Under the pieces are notes generated by a model, which was not told the origin of the DNA, did no database searches, and saw nothing but the letters and a program-made list of their open reading frames with translations. A stretch of 64,000 nucleotides of DNA from Lama guanicoe (taxonomy: Eukaryota), in contig MU053994.1 of assembly GCA_013239625.1 (NCBI GenBank), forward strand, positions 1,429,775 through 1,493,774, read 5' to 3'. Every line of letters begins with the position of its first letter. Position 1 is the first letter of the stretch. The translations under genes were made by a program, and so were the position numbers. Positions 25,313-37,039 of the stretch are shown here, one piece after another.

Positions 25313-25602
25313 GTTCCAGATCCTGAAGGAACCTGTGTGCCTTCCCATAGATCTTGGGATTTGTACCGGGCAAAGGAACCAGGCAGGCTTGGGTCTCAAG
25401 CGTCAGGGAGACATGGTCAGATGTATGGTTTTGGAAAGTTCTTTTGACTGCTGGATGATATGTAAGTGGGGAATGAGGGGTAGGTGTGGTGGGCTTACAA
25501 GACAAACTAGCTGGAAAGAGACTGTATAAATGCTACTGGAAAGTGAATGTAAATTAAAATCACTCAGTAATAACAAGGAAGACGAGGAGTAGAAGAAAGA
25601 GG

Positions 25603-25840
25603 CAGCGGGGTGCTGGAGCTGGCTGAATTAGCTTGCAAGAACAGCTTGTGTCCATCTCTGCTCCAACTCCACGTTCAGTGATGTCATATTGGTAGTTTGA
25701 AATCAGCAGCGGTGAAGGTATTTACACCAAAGAAATTAGCAAACACTGCCAATCATAGGTGGTTGGGTTTAGTTTTGTTTTTCTTTTTCTTTTTCTTTTT
25801 TTTGGTAGAGTCAGTTGTTACACATTCACCAGTATGTTTG
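25603..25840 (+). mobile_element. MER63A-like DNA transposon MITE
   Basis: 'gtgctggagctggct...ccaactccacgttcagtgatgtcatattggtagtttgaaatcag...tatttacacc...gttgttacacattcaccag'. Confidence 0.85.
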
Positions 25841-26320
25841 TCAGCAATCAAGAGGACTTGGTGATGAGTTAGACATGGAGGGTAGAGGGACAGAAGGACT
25901 AAAGTGACCCACAAGATGACTGCATGGAGCCAGCCACTCAATTGTGAACTCTAAGAAGAGGGAATTGGCCCAGGGTTAATTGTTAGCTGCAAAGGGCGGT
26001 ATGCAGGGAGGTATCTGAGGTCGCCCTTAGTCTCGTAAGCTCAGCAGCCGCAAGGAATATTTCTATGGTGTCTTTTATTATAGTTCAAAGCAGTTCTGAC
26101 GAGCCACAGGCCCTGAAAGATTTAGGGTATGCTAGAGGACACTGAGAGACAAGCTGACTAGGAAGAAATTCAAGCCTCCTTTCTCTCATCCTTTGGTCTG
26201 TGATTTTGTGTCTGGGGAGGAACCATGAGCATCACTCGTATAAAGCTGGTGTTCACTCGTGCACCATGGAAACAATCGCAGGATTAATATTATCTGGTTA
26301 ACTAGGAATTAGGCTGGAAA

Positions 26321-26660
26321 AGACAAACAAACTTATTTACAAAACAGAAACGGACTCACAGACATAGAAAACAAATTTATGGTTACCAGGGCAGGAAGCG
26401 GGTAGGAAGGGATAAATTGGGAGTTCCGAGATTTGCAGATACTAACTAATATACATAAAGAGATAAACAACAAGTTCATACTATATAGCACAAGGAACTA
26501 TATTTAATATCTTGTAGTAACTTATAGTGAAAAAGAATATGAAAATGAATATATGTATGTTTTTATATGACTAAAGTATTATGCTATACACCAGAAATTG
26601 ACACAACATTGTAAACTGACTATACTTAAATTATATATATATATATATATACAAACATAA
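26321..26660 (+). mobile_element. Relatively young cetartiodactyl/camelid L1 3' end, 5'-truncated
   Basis: 'acttatttacaaaacagaaacggactcacagacatagaaaacaaatttatggttacc...tacaccagaaattgacacaacattgtaaactgactatac'; tail replaced by (TA)n; 14/17 TSD at 26304-26320 and 26661-26677. Confidence 0.9.
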
Positions 26661-26679
26661 AGGGACTAGGCTGGGAATG

Positions 26680-26860
26680 TATTCTAGGGGCTAGCCTGCC
26701 AAGATGTTGTTGGCTACCTAGGACAGTTTATTAACCCTCTGTAGTTCCTGATTTTCTTTATCTGTATGATGGACTTACTAGTCTTTCCCATCTTACGGTG
26801 TGATTGTGAAGATAAAATGAGATAATAGCTATTAAGAGTCCTCTAGAAATTTAAAGAAAC
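26680..26860 (+). mobile_element. MIR SINE (diverged)
   Basis: 'ttaaccctctgtagttcctgattttctttatctgtatgatgg...ttgtgaagataaaatgagataat'. Confidence 0.65.
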
Positions 26861-27540
26861 TCTTCAAATACAGTGTATGGTCACATAATTATGAAAATCA
26901 TCATTATGCCAATAACATTATGCTAGTCACCTAGTAACTTTCAAAGACTTGGATGGACCACTGTAAAGTCATGGAATCCAGGCTCCTAGAAGGATTTGGA
27001 AAGCTCTTTAAGTTTAAATTCTATGGATGGCAACTAAAATTTTGGTTTATTTTTTGCTTCCTTCTTCCTTCCTTTGGAATTTAAGAAACTATTGCTCTGC
27101 CTCAAAGAGAGGTAATTTATTTGGTTTCATGATAAGAAATTTCAGCTTAGCTTGCCTACTTGCATTTGAGTTCAAAGTTTTTCTAGGTATACTATCATTT
27201 AAACTGGAGGGAAACAATCTTCCTTAACTAGAGCATGGGCCATGACCTTGCCTACATGATGGGCAGCTAATCCACTTAGAACCGGTGACTCGCTTTGTAT
27301 AATTTATAAGACCCCATGAAAAGACAGGCCTCCATAGATTAATATTTCAGCTGTCTTCCCTTCCATTTCATCCTCTGGATGTGGCAGCAACAATCACATG
27401 AATCATTCCTGAACTGAGTCGATATCAAACATCGGAGCTTCATCTGCATTCGATGAAGGTTCAGCTCATTCAAGGGAAGTTCCTATAGGATTTCAAATAC
27501 ATGGATGATTTACCTTTGACACCTCTCACCCCATCCTGGC

Positions 27541-28108
27541 TGTGGTGGTTGAAAAAAAAAAGCTTTAAATTCTTTGACACTCCTCTTATTTAGAGATGGG
27601 AGTCTAGGTCCCCTCCCCTTGAATCTGGGCAGGCTTGTGACTGCTTTACCCAACAGAGTATAGTAGAAGTATGTTATGTATGTGACTTCTGAGACTGGGT
27701 CATAAAATGCCATACAGCTTTTTCTATGGCTCTTGAAATGCTTACTCTCTAAATACTCTCTCTGGACGCTCCCTCTCAGAACTCACCTGTCATGCTGAGA
27801 GAAGCCCAAGCTACAAGGAGAGGCCATATGTAGATGGTTTGGTCAACCATCCCAGAGAAGCCCAGCCTTGGAATCATCTCAGCTCAGGTACCATGCATAT
27901 AAGTGAAGAAATCTCCAATTGATTCCAGACTCCAGCCATGGATTCACTCACATTGTGGAATATGGACCTGGTAGAGCAGGAACAAGCCACTCCTGCTATG
28001 CCCTGTTTGAAATCTTAACCCAGAGAATCCATGGGCACAACAAAATGGTTGTGGTCTATGCCACAAAGTTTGGGCTGGTTTGTTACGCAGCCATAGATAA
28101 TTAGAACA
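27541..28108 (+). mobile_element. MaLR MLT1H-like solo LTR, full length
   Basis: TGTGG...GAACA ends with a perfect 5-bp TSD CTGGC (27536-27540, 28109-28113). Confidence 0.92.
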
Positions 28109-28458
28109 CTGGCTGACTAGGACACTGTTTCTCTTCCTTTCCCAAGTCCATAAGAAATTACTGGTGTGGTCAAAGAGGATAAATTTCTTCAAAACAAGAA
28201 AACTGTTCTATGCTTCTGGCTAAAGTGCTAAGCCAGTCCCTTGGTGGGAGCTCTAGATTGTTCTTCCCTGTGTGTTGGCTTCTTGGTAGAAAGACCAGTT
28301 CTTGGTGTTGAATTTCCTTTCTCTGTCCTGTTTTTACAAGTTGTCAATGATTAATTCACTAATTCACTTGTTTATCCAGTAAATGTTAATCAAGCCCCTT
28401 CAACAGAGCAGGTCCTCTTCTAGACGCTCAGGATGTGACGGTGAGCAAAACATATATG

Positions 28459-28947
28459 CAGAGGTCTTAATCTTTTTCGTGCCACAGATCTTTCACATCT
28501 GATGAGGTCTGTGGACCCTTGCTCAGAATAATGATTTTTAAGTACATAAAACACATAGGCTCACAAAGGAAACTATATTGCAGTAGTTACCAAAATATTT
28601 AAAAACACATTTGTAATATAACGATATATATATTTCTTTATGGATGCATGAAATAATGAGATACAGTGATGAGTCTAATAAGTTTTGAGGCAGTGATGAG
28701 TCAATATAATATGTTGAGATGCTAGCAAAAACTGTATTATGAATATAGCTGTGATTTTTGTTGGTGAGAAAGTCACAGGTATATACTGTGACTATAAATA
28801 CTACTGTGGTTTATTGTCTACATACCTAATAGAAGGAAAAGCTAAATTTTAGTAAAATTAGTGAAAAGAAATATGTGAACTTTTTCTTACCCAAATTAAT
28901 AAACTTCCTGGATTCTGTAGTCCATAGGTCCTAGGTTAAGAACCCTT
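28459..28947 (+). mobile_element. Charlie4a-like hAT element
   Basis: TIR-like ends 'cagaggtcttaatc' and 'ggttaagaaccctt'; 'tggacccttgctcagaataatg'. Confidence 0.8.
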
Positions 28948-29024
28948 AGTTTGGGGCATAGACAGACATTGAGCAAATAATAGCATCAATATATAATAAC
29001 AAACTGTGATGCCTGCTATGTGAA

Positions 29025-29519
29025 TGTATCAGTTTCCTGAGACTGCTATAACAAATTACCACAAAATTGGTGGCTCAGAAGAAAATAAAAAACCCCAGAA
29101 ATTTATTCTCTTTCAGTTCTGGAGTCTAAAAGCACAAAATCCATATCCCTGGGCCGTGTTCCCTCTGGAGGATCTAGGGGAGAATCCATTTATTGTCTCT
29201 TCCAGCTTCTGGTGGCTGTTGGCACTCCTTAACTTGTGGCCACATCACTCCAATCTTCAAGGCCAACATCTTCAAATCTCTCTGTTCTGCCTTCAAATTG
29301 CCTTCTCTGTGTGTATATCAAATCTCCCTCTGGCTCTCTCTTATAAGGACATTTGTGATTGCATTTAGGGCTCACCTGGATAATCCAGAAAAAGCTCCCC
29401 ATCTCAACATCCTAAATTTAACCACAACTGCAAAATCTTTGCCAAAAGAGGTAACATTTACAAACTCCAGGAATTAAGATGTGGGTATCTTTCAAGGGGC
29501 CATTTTTCACCCCACCATG
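29025..29519 (-). mobile_element. MaLR MLT1D-like solo LTR
   Basis: 'tgtatcagtttcctgagactgctataacaaattaccacaaa...ctaggggagaatcc...ctggataatccag'; 4/5 TSD gtgaa/gtgac. Confidence 0.88.
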
Positions 29520-29882
29520 GTGACCCGGAGTCCTGATTCAAGCTGCAGTTGGTGATGTCCCAGGGATAGTTTCCCTTACACAGAGACTTTGGACTGATAA
29601 CTGAAGGAAGAATATGAGTAACTAGATAAAAGGGGTGTGCAAGGCAGGTGAGGTTGTTTCAGATAGGCACACAGGCAGACTAGCTCAGGCAAAAATCCAG
29701 AAGCTGGAACATCTATGCCACATCTGGGTGTGGAGGGTAGATGATGTATCTAGGGCCCAGAGAGGGCCCAAGTGGAGTGCTGAGAGATGCCCAAGAGAGG
29801 TCAGTGGGAGCCACATCGTAAAGCATCTCATAGGCTTTGGTTATAAGGATTTCCTTTATAGAAATGAGAAGATATTAGAAGA

Positions 29883-30222
29883 TTCTATAGGCTGAATGTT
29901 TATGTCCTCCAAAAATTCATAGGTTGAAATCTTAACCCCAAGGGGATTATATTAAGAGGTAAGACCTTTGGTAGCTGACTAGTTCATGAGAGTGGAGCCC
30001 TTGTGAATGGGATTAGTGCCCTTATAAAAGAAGCTTGAGAGAACTCCCTTGCTCCTTCCACCATGTGAGGATACAGTAAAAAGGTGATCTGTGAACCAGG
30101 TAGCATGGTAAATCTGCCAGCAGCTTGACCTTGGACCTTCAGCCTCCAGAACTAATAGAAACAAATGTCTGTTGTTTATAAGCCACTCAATATTCTGTTT
30201 AAGTGGCCCAAACTGACTAACA
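29883..30222 (+). mobile_element. MaLR MLT1A0-like solo LTR
   Basis: 'ctgaatgtttatgtcctccaaaaattcataggttgaaatc...gaatgggattagtgcccttataaaaga...cttcagcctccagaact'. Confidence 0.9.
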
Positions 30223-31204
30223 GGGGTGTCATGTGCTCAGAGCTGGGATTTTGAAAGCTCACTCTGGTTTAAGTGAGGAGAATAGATTATGGGATGGAGG
30301 GTTGCAAGAATGAGTGGTAAGAAGAACCAGTTAGAAGATGTGGCAGGGTCCCAGACAGAGATGACAGACTACTTGGTCTAGAGGTGATGGAGGTAGGAAA
30401 AAATTGAGAATAAATCAATGGACCTGTTAAAAAATTCGGTGACTCAGGACACAGTATAGGTTTGGTTAATTGTAGAAAAACTTGGACAATACAAAATTTT
30501 AATGTGTGTAAGTATGAGTTTCAGTTTACAAATCTGGATACAAGAAGTGAAATGCATCTTTATTTTACTAAATTCAACTCAATCTGATCTGAGCTGGTGA
30601 GAAATTCAATCTCAGCTATTAATTCTACATGCCCCTTCCCAAGGCTGTGTGAAAGGTTTGAGTACTTTATACAGATGACATTTGAGGAAGGAAGGGGTGT
30701 GTTTAGTACTCAGTAGTCACCACTTATATATGTATATCTTGCTGTTCAGTAGCTTGTTTCCCTGAAATTTCGAAGCAATCTATGCCAAAATGTATAGCTC
30801 TTTGGTTCTTTTTTGTAGGCAATTGTAGCCAAGAGAAACTTTGAGACAAGGCAACATTAGCTACTCTTCCTATAATCTTGTGAACAGAATGCAAGTCTTT
30901 AAAAAAAATTCTGTCACTTGCATGGACATGGACATTTATTAACTTTTTTAAAAAGGAAAGCACAGGAACAATTCATACAACCTGTGGGCTTGGAAGCCCT
31001 GGGTCTCTCTCCTTTTCAGTGCTCCAAACACCGCTTTGCTCAAAAGCTTTACTAGAGGCAAATCTCAAAACCAGAAGCAGGATTCTTGAATGATGCAATG
31101 GAGTCTCTCCTGTTCAAGGTTGAATACAAGATCATTTAGAGCTTGAGTGTAGAGCTGACAGTGAAGGTGGGCTACAGGCCTTTCTAGCTTCTTATGGCCT
31201 GTTC

Positions 31205-31662
31205 ATACTTCCATTTGGGTTCTCCCATGAGCCAAGTAGTCCATTTAGGAGGTGAAGGAACCACCAGTAGGAGAACGGATAAGTGAACCTCAGGAAGAAA
31301 GGCCAGATGGTAAAAGGTATGTTGTCAAGCCCATTGGCATTGTAGGTAACTAGCGGTTAAATCTGTAGGAAGAATACTTGGAGCCAGTGTAGAACACAGG
31401 CCTCAGAGTTATCCCATCTGAGGGGCAAGGGAGCTGGGGTGTTAGACACCAACTCTGGTTAATTATCAGCTGAGGGCTACTCAAGAGGCATTAATTTCCT
31501 GGCACTTATGGTCAGACACACAGGCAACAAAGTTGACTTCAGTGACAAAAGCAAGCTCATAGGCCAGGCAGTACAGCTGCTGGCACTTGGCAGTGGGCTG
31601 GCATGCCCAAAGTGCATGGGTGGGGGGACCACAGGTGGCAGGCCAGCAGCATCTGCTACAGG
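31205..31662 (-). mobile_element. ERVL LTR16B/C-like LTR
   Basis: 'cagtgtagaacacaggcctcagagttatcccatctgaggggcaagggagctgggg'. Confidence 0.78.
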
Positions 31663-33679
31663 TAAGAAAACAGCCCATTTCTGGCAACCCTCCTTCTGTC
31701 TCACAAGTCACTAAGTCCACCAAGGAAAACCCATTTCTGATCCTCACTATATACTAATTAGGAAAGCCTCAAGTGTTGATTGGAGCACTAATGATGTGCT
31801 TGAAGGAGCCACCCTTGGAAGGTGGCCTTTTTGATCTAATGTCTGCTGAGTACTCCTGGAATGGGGGGGTCTACAACAGGCAACAGGTGGCCCTAGAGCT
31901 GAAGCTCAAACTATCACATACATCCAATCACACGGTCTACGCTGGACAGACATCATCATACTTGCCATCCTAGAGCCCTTCAGTTGGAGGACCTGACCCT
32001 ACTCAGTCACTGTGTGTGTGGGAACAGAGCTTGAGTGCCCTCCTGCTAGCAGGACCTGCAAGAAGCCAGTCCCTTTCATCAGCGAGTCCCCAACAGTCTC
32101 TAACCCTCTTCCTTCCTAAGGGGGATTTTGCCTTCTTAAAACCTTTGAACTCTAATATTCTCCCCCATTTCCTCACGCCCATCTCCCCGCCCCCTTCCCG
32201 CACATGCACAGATGCACACTTTGTCCAGGGCAGTTCTTTTCAGTGGCTGTAGGTTTCTGTAAAACAACAGACTGGAGTAACATTTCCTATTCCATGTCCT
32301 GGGACCAGTATACTCAATTTTCAACCATTCCACACAGAGCCCCTGAGGCAAAGGAGCACCTGTCTCATCTTCCTGGGGTGGGGGGAACTGGAGAAGGAAA
32401 AATACCTAGAGCAGCAAGGTCAAACTGAAAATTAATATCTTAATAAATTGTCCTGACGCATTGGTGTAAAACTTGTGCTTGTTGCTTTCCTTTTAAAAAA
32501 AAAAGGTTATTTAAAAACACGTAACATAGATTGATGATTCCCCAGCACCAGTACCAGTTCATTGGATGTCTCCCCTGTTTTAGGGTCTATGACAAGATCA
32601 GTATATACATTGTCATCAGATGCTTGTGAATCTTATGTGAGGCATGATTATCTCCTTTTTACAGATAAGGAAACTGATTTTCATAGGGATTCTTTTAAAA
32701 AACACCATTTCTTATAATCATAAAAAAAGGTAATCGGCAAGAAAATTAAAAAGCTCAAAGAAGGAAATAGAAATCCTTATAATCCCTCAATCCATAGATT
32801 ACAATTTAGAGTATTTTGATTATATCACTCCCATCTTTTTTTAGTGTCCATTTGCGCATATATTTTGAAAAACCAAAATTGGGCTCTTTTGGTAGCAATC
32901 TTTTAAATGGATCCTCTGAGAACGCTGAAGGACAATTTTCTGACATAGATTTTCTTGAGCTGGAAACGAAATCTTCACCAGGGCAATCCAAAAGCATGCA
33001 GCCTTCAAATTATTCATGGTGTGAAGAGATGTGTGGTGAAAAGAGGAGGGGGCGCTTAATTGTGCAATTTTTGTGGGCTCTTTGTAAGACTCTTGGCCTG
33101 CAGCTTACAAACCCTTTGCTTAGTTTGCTAAATAGCCCTTCTCACTCGGCCCGGGATCTTCCATCTGATTGAGCATCAGCAATTTCGATTGTGTTACTTT
33201 AAAATTTGAGGCCATTCTCATCAGTCGTCTGGGACCATAACAAAAATCTACACATTTGATTCTCCCTCTTTTCTACTTTCTCCAATATGGACTAGTTTGA
33301 GAACTCTCATTAAGTAGAAAACAACATTTTTAGAGTGGCTCTCAAAGGCTAAATGGAAAGAAAAGAAACAGTTCTTGAGTCTCCTCGCCAGGCTCCCACA
33401 AGCCCACGATTGTCTTGGGTGTGAGTCCCAGCTGAGCAAGTACATTCCCCGCCTGGGGCAGAGACCGGGCCTGGCTTCTTCCCAGCCCTCCTCATTGTGA
33501 TGGGAGGCTGAGACCCGCCACTGTCACAGTGGTGGGAATGGGGAAGACTGGGAACCCCACGCAATGAGGAGTGGGTGGCCTCGCCCCTAGCAACCAGGCT
33601 GTCTGTGGCTGCAGTTCCTTTCAGAGGCACTCATAGCCTCCCTCCCCTGCTTGCTTCCTTGCTACAGACCATAACAACC

Positions 33680-33776
33680 CAGGCTGTTTAGAGCAGGGAC
33701 TGTGTCTGACCTATTTTTGAGTCAGCACCTAACATTGCTCAAAGTATGTTTATGGAATGAATGAATGAACGAATGA
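33680..33776 (+). mobile_element. L2 3' terminal fragment
   Basis: 'agagcagggactgtgtctg...gcacctaaca...gaatgaatgaatgaa'. Confidence 0.75.
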
Positions 33777-34294
33777 TCTAATTTCCATCGCACCAAGGTA
33801 TTTCCGCAAGGCGACAGGCCCTTTGTCCTTCAATGAGCCAAAAGCATAAGAAGTATTTCACAATATCCAGCCCTATGGAATCCCAATGCTAGATTAAACA
33901 AACTTCTTGCCCCAAAGCCAACCAGGGCCAGAGACCCCTATCATGTTCAACTTCTTGTTTTCATTCCCCCATGTCTAGTCTGCCACCAGCTGACCTCAGA
34001 AGAGGTTCTTGGAGCTGACCTCCAAGTTGCTTGTCAACCTCACTAGCCACTTTAGCTAGGATTCTCATCCCATCTCTCTGATCACAGTGGGATCTAACCA
34101 ATCTCGGAGCAAAACACTGCCATCAAATGAAATTTTGCACAAAAACCCAAGATGTTAAATTGGAAGCTTGGATGGAAGCTGTTGCTCTGGATAAAGGTGA
34201 TGGTGTCCCACATACCCTCCTATGCTAAATCTACTGTCATGTGAAATCTTGGCTTCTCAGGATACACTTTGAAACCAACTGACCAACACTTCTT

Positions 34295-34808
34295 CAACAG
34301 CCTTGTACCTGGTTTCCCTGCCTCAGCTTGATAAAATGAACATCTAATCATGCAACAGTCCTGCTTAAAAACGTATTATTACAGATAGGAAAACCATCCT
34401 AAGCTCTTAGCTTGCATGCAAAGTCCTCTTCCATCTGGCCCCAGCCTGCATTTTCAGACCAATTTCCCAGTCTTTGGGTTCCAGCCTCTTTAAACTACTC
34501 ACTCATCCCTAAATACCCAAAAGCTTTTCACAACCCTGTCCCTTTACATATGATATATCTTCACCCAAGGATATTCTTTACTTTGATTTTTGTCATTCAA
34601 ATTCAACAGATTCTTTGGGGTCTCCCTCTTGTACTGTTTCTTCCATTCAGCCTTCTCTGAGGACCATTTATGTTCTTTCTTCCTTATTGATTGCAGGTTT
34701 CTTGGGGACAGGGACTGTGTGCCATTCAATGCTGTACTCCCAAGTGCCTAGCACAGTGCTTGGTATGAGAGCAAATGATCAGTACATGTTGGTTGAATAA
34801 ATGAATGG
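34295..34808 (+). mobile_element. L2 3' end
   Basis: 'atctaatcatg...cctgcttaaaa...gacagggactgtgt...cccaagtgcctagcacagtgcttgg...tgttggttgaataaatgaatg'. Confidence 0.8.
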
Positions 34809-34928
34809 CTCATCAAATACAAGAATAGATCGTTGTTGGCTGAAGCCATCAAAGATGGATCCCCAGAGAAGATGAGATTCAAGCTGAACTCTGAAACACA
34901 AGAAGGATTGGTATCAAAAGTGGAAACT

Positions 34929-35010
34929 GGGGAGTGGGTATAATTCAGTGGTAGAACTCATGCTTAGCATGCACAAGGGCCTGGGTTCAATCCCCAGGAC
35001 CTCCCTTAAA
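34929..35010 (+). mobile_element. Camelid tRNA(Ala)-derived SINE (Vic-1-like)
   Basis: 'ggggagtgggtataattcagtggtagaactcatgcttagcatgcacaagggcctgggttcaatccccaggacctcc'; A box ~34941-34951, B box GGTTCAATCC 34984-34993, short A tail, 10/13 TSD at 34916-34928 and 35011-35023. Confidence 0.85.
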
Positions 35011-35444
35011 AAGAGTGAACACTAGTTGGAGGATTTTAATCCACTGCTGATTTTGTCTGAAGGAAGTCAGGATTATTGTCCTGGCTGGCCTTCATCAAGG
35101 AATCAGACATAGGAACTGAGATAGGAGTCCCCAGAGTATTTATTTACCTGAGTAGACCCTGGGTTGGAATTTCCAGAGTGAATCTCATCCGCACTAAGCC
35201 ATAGTCACTGTCTAATTATTCTCCATCTTCACCTCACCTAACCCAACACCCATCCATTTTCCCACTCTTCTCACCTTGGGAGACTGCATCATCTTGCTCC
35301 TTTGCCAGCTGGTTTCTGATTATATTCTGACAATGGGAAGCACTGGCGGGAGATCTGGAGCATGGGAGGAACGAACGTTCAGGGTCCCTTCTCCCTGTTT
35401 GATTCCGTGTCTTTGGCAGAGGCTGTGTCATTCAACTGTTGCTC

Positions 35445-36572
35445 TGTGGTAGGCAAAATAATGTTGCTCCCCGAACCTACTAACTCAGATTGGCAAAAGA
35501 AAGGATCTTTGTAGCTGTGGTTAAATGAAGGATGTTGCAATGGGTGATTATCCTGGATTATCTGGGTGGGCCCAGTATAACCCCAAGGGTCCTTGAAGGG
35601 AAGGCAGGAGGATCAGAATCAGTAGTGGATGTGAGGATGGAAGCAGAGATTGGAATGATGCAAGGCGTTGTTGAAGAAAAACCTGTTATAGCTCAGTGTT
35701 ATACCTTGGTGTTACAGTTCGGTGTTACAGCTCAGTTGTGACAGCAACCTGGATCCAGGCGGGAGACCAAGCAGCACTTGGAGAGTTGGAGAACTCAGGC
35801 TTATTACACCAGCGGGCCCAGAGGAGTTAACACTTCAAGCTCTGGACCCCATCTGTAGGTTTACATAGGCTTTTATAGGCTGCCAGTTTACACTTTGCAA
35901 CATCATATGCAAATAAGGTATAACAAAAGTTGACTAATTAGGAACAAGTTTTGTAGAAATGGGCCAATCAGGAGTGAGAGGAAGAACCAATCAGGAGTGA
36001 GCTCCATGCAAATGAAGTACTACAAATGGACCAATCAGAAGTTAAGGAAATGGACCAATCAGGAGTGAAGGAAATAATCAATCAGGAGTGAGCTCAGGGA
36101 ACCAATAGAATTTTAGGGGTAAGTTCCACTTTTCTAGAAGTAAGCCGTTTCAGAGGCAAAAAGTGAGATAGAGCCTCTGGGCCAGGGAACTGGATGGTCC
36201 TGGCAGGAGAGTAGTCGCCCTGCCTGGGGGTCCTGCCGGTCTTCTTTTTTTTTTTTTTACCCACCTCTGTGTGATGCAGGGAATGTGAATTTTCATGTGA
36301 TTTTGTACATGTGTACATGGGGAGGAGGGGAAGGGTCTAGAGCAAGGAGAGTGATCCTGTGGGCCAGGGAATGTGGGTGGCCTCTAGTAGCTGGAAAAAG
36401 TGAAGAAACAGATTGTCCCCTGGAGCCTCCAGAGGAAACAGCCCTTCTGATACCTTGATTTTAGCCTAATAAGACTCATGTCAGACTCCAGGACTGTAAG
36501 ATAGTGAATTTGGGTTGTTTTAAGCCACTAAGTTGTGGTTAATTGGTTACAGTGTCCATAGGAAACAATACA
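35445..36572 (+). mobile_element. MaLR MLT1D-like LTR, interrupted at 35666-36341
   Basis: 'tgtggtaggcaaaataatg...gattatcctggattatctgggtgggccc...gaagcagagattggaatgatg' continues as 'gccagggaatgtgggtggcctctagtagctggaaaa...ggaaacaataca'; 4/5 TSD tgctc/agctc. Confidence 0.9.
35672..36245 (-). mobile_element. Younger ERV1-type solo LTR (~575 bp)
   Basis: Inverted ends TGAAGA / TCTTC(T); minus-strand order U3 (CCAAT repeats, two octamers), TATAAAA at 35871-35877, AATAAG at 35800-35805, U5 with four 13-bp GCTGTAACA-type repeats (35684-35735); 3/4 TSD ttgt/tttt. Confidence 0.85.
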
Positions 36573-37039
36573 AGCTCCTGTTGGTTTGCCCCTTTTCTAA
36601 GGCTCTTCCTTCATGGCTCCCAGTCCTACTAGGGTCAAATAACTCTAATTATTTCCCTTCTTCTTGTTTCCTGCTTCTTGCTGTTAGGCTCTGGATGTCT
36701 CAGGATTCCTTGTTGGTTCCTGTAGCCCTCTCCGCATCTCTGTGAATTTTCCTTCCATTCAAGTCTCTTGAGCCACCTGATCTGGATTCTACTTCCTACT
36801 AGAGCTGTCTAGCTCTCCACCTCTAAGAAACATGGCAAGATGATTTCTCTGGTCTCAATGGGCATTCTCTCTGGGCTGAAGGGACCATGCACTATGCTGG
36901 GAGCACCTTCTCCATGGAGTCTGACTTTCCCAGAGGCAAAAATGCCTGCTGGCCTCCACAGAGAAGTCTGTCAGAATTTGAAGGCATCAAGCTAGCCCAG
37001 CTAGCAGTGAAGCATGGAAATAAATCCTACTCTTCTTTT

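Larger units (their letters stand above)
28350..30420 (-). mobile_element. L2 fragment broken by three later insertions (Charlie4a, MLT1D, MLT1A0)
   Basis: L2 pieces at ~28350-28455, 28950-29020, 29520-29880 and 30225-30420 ('ttttgaaagctcactctgg...gaggagaatagatt'). Confidence 0.65.
35230..36810 (+). mobile_element. ERVL LTR33-like LTR, outermost layer of the nest (pieces 35230-35444 and 36573-36810)
   Basis: 'ctttgccagctggtttctgattatattctgacaatgggaagcactggcgggagat' left of the MLT1D; 'ttcctgcttcttgct...ctctggatgtctca' right of it. Confidence 0.55.

Noticed and set aside
34929..35004. Functional tRNA-Ala gene
   Set aside because: Degenerate A box and stems, an A tail and TSD, and no T-run terminator; it is a SINE.
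35960..36110. CRISPR-like array (CCAATCAGGAGTGA with spacers)
   Set aside because: Repeats are only ~14 bp with irregular, partly related spacers, inside a eukaryotic LTR U3; no cas genes.
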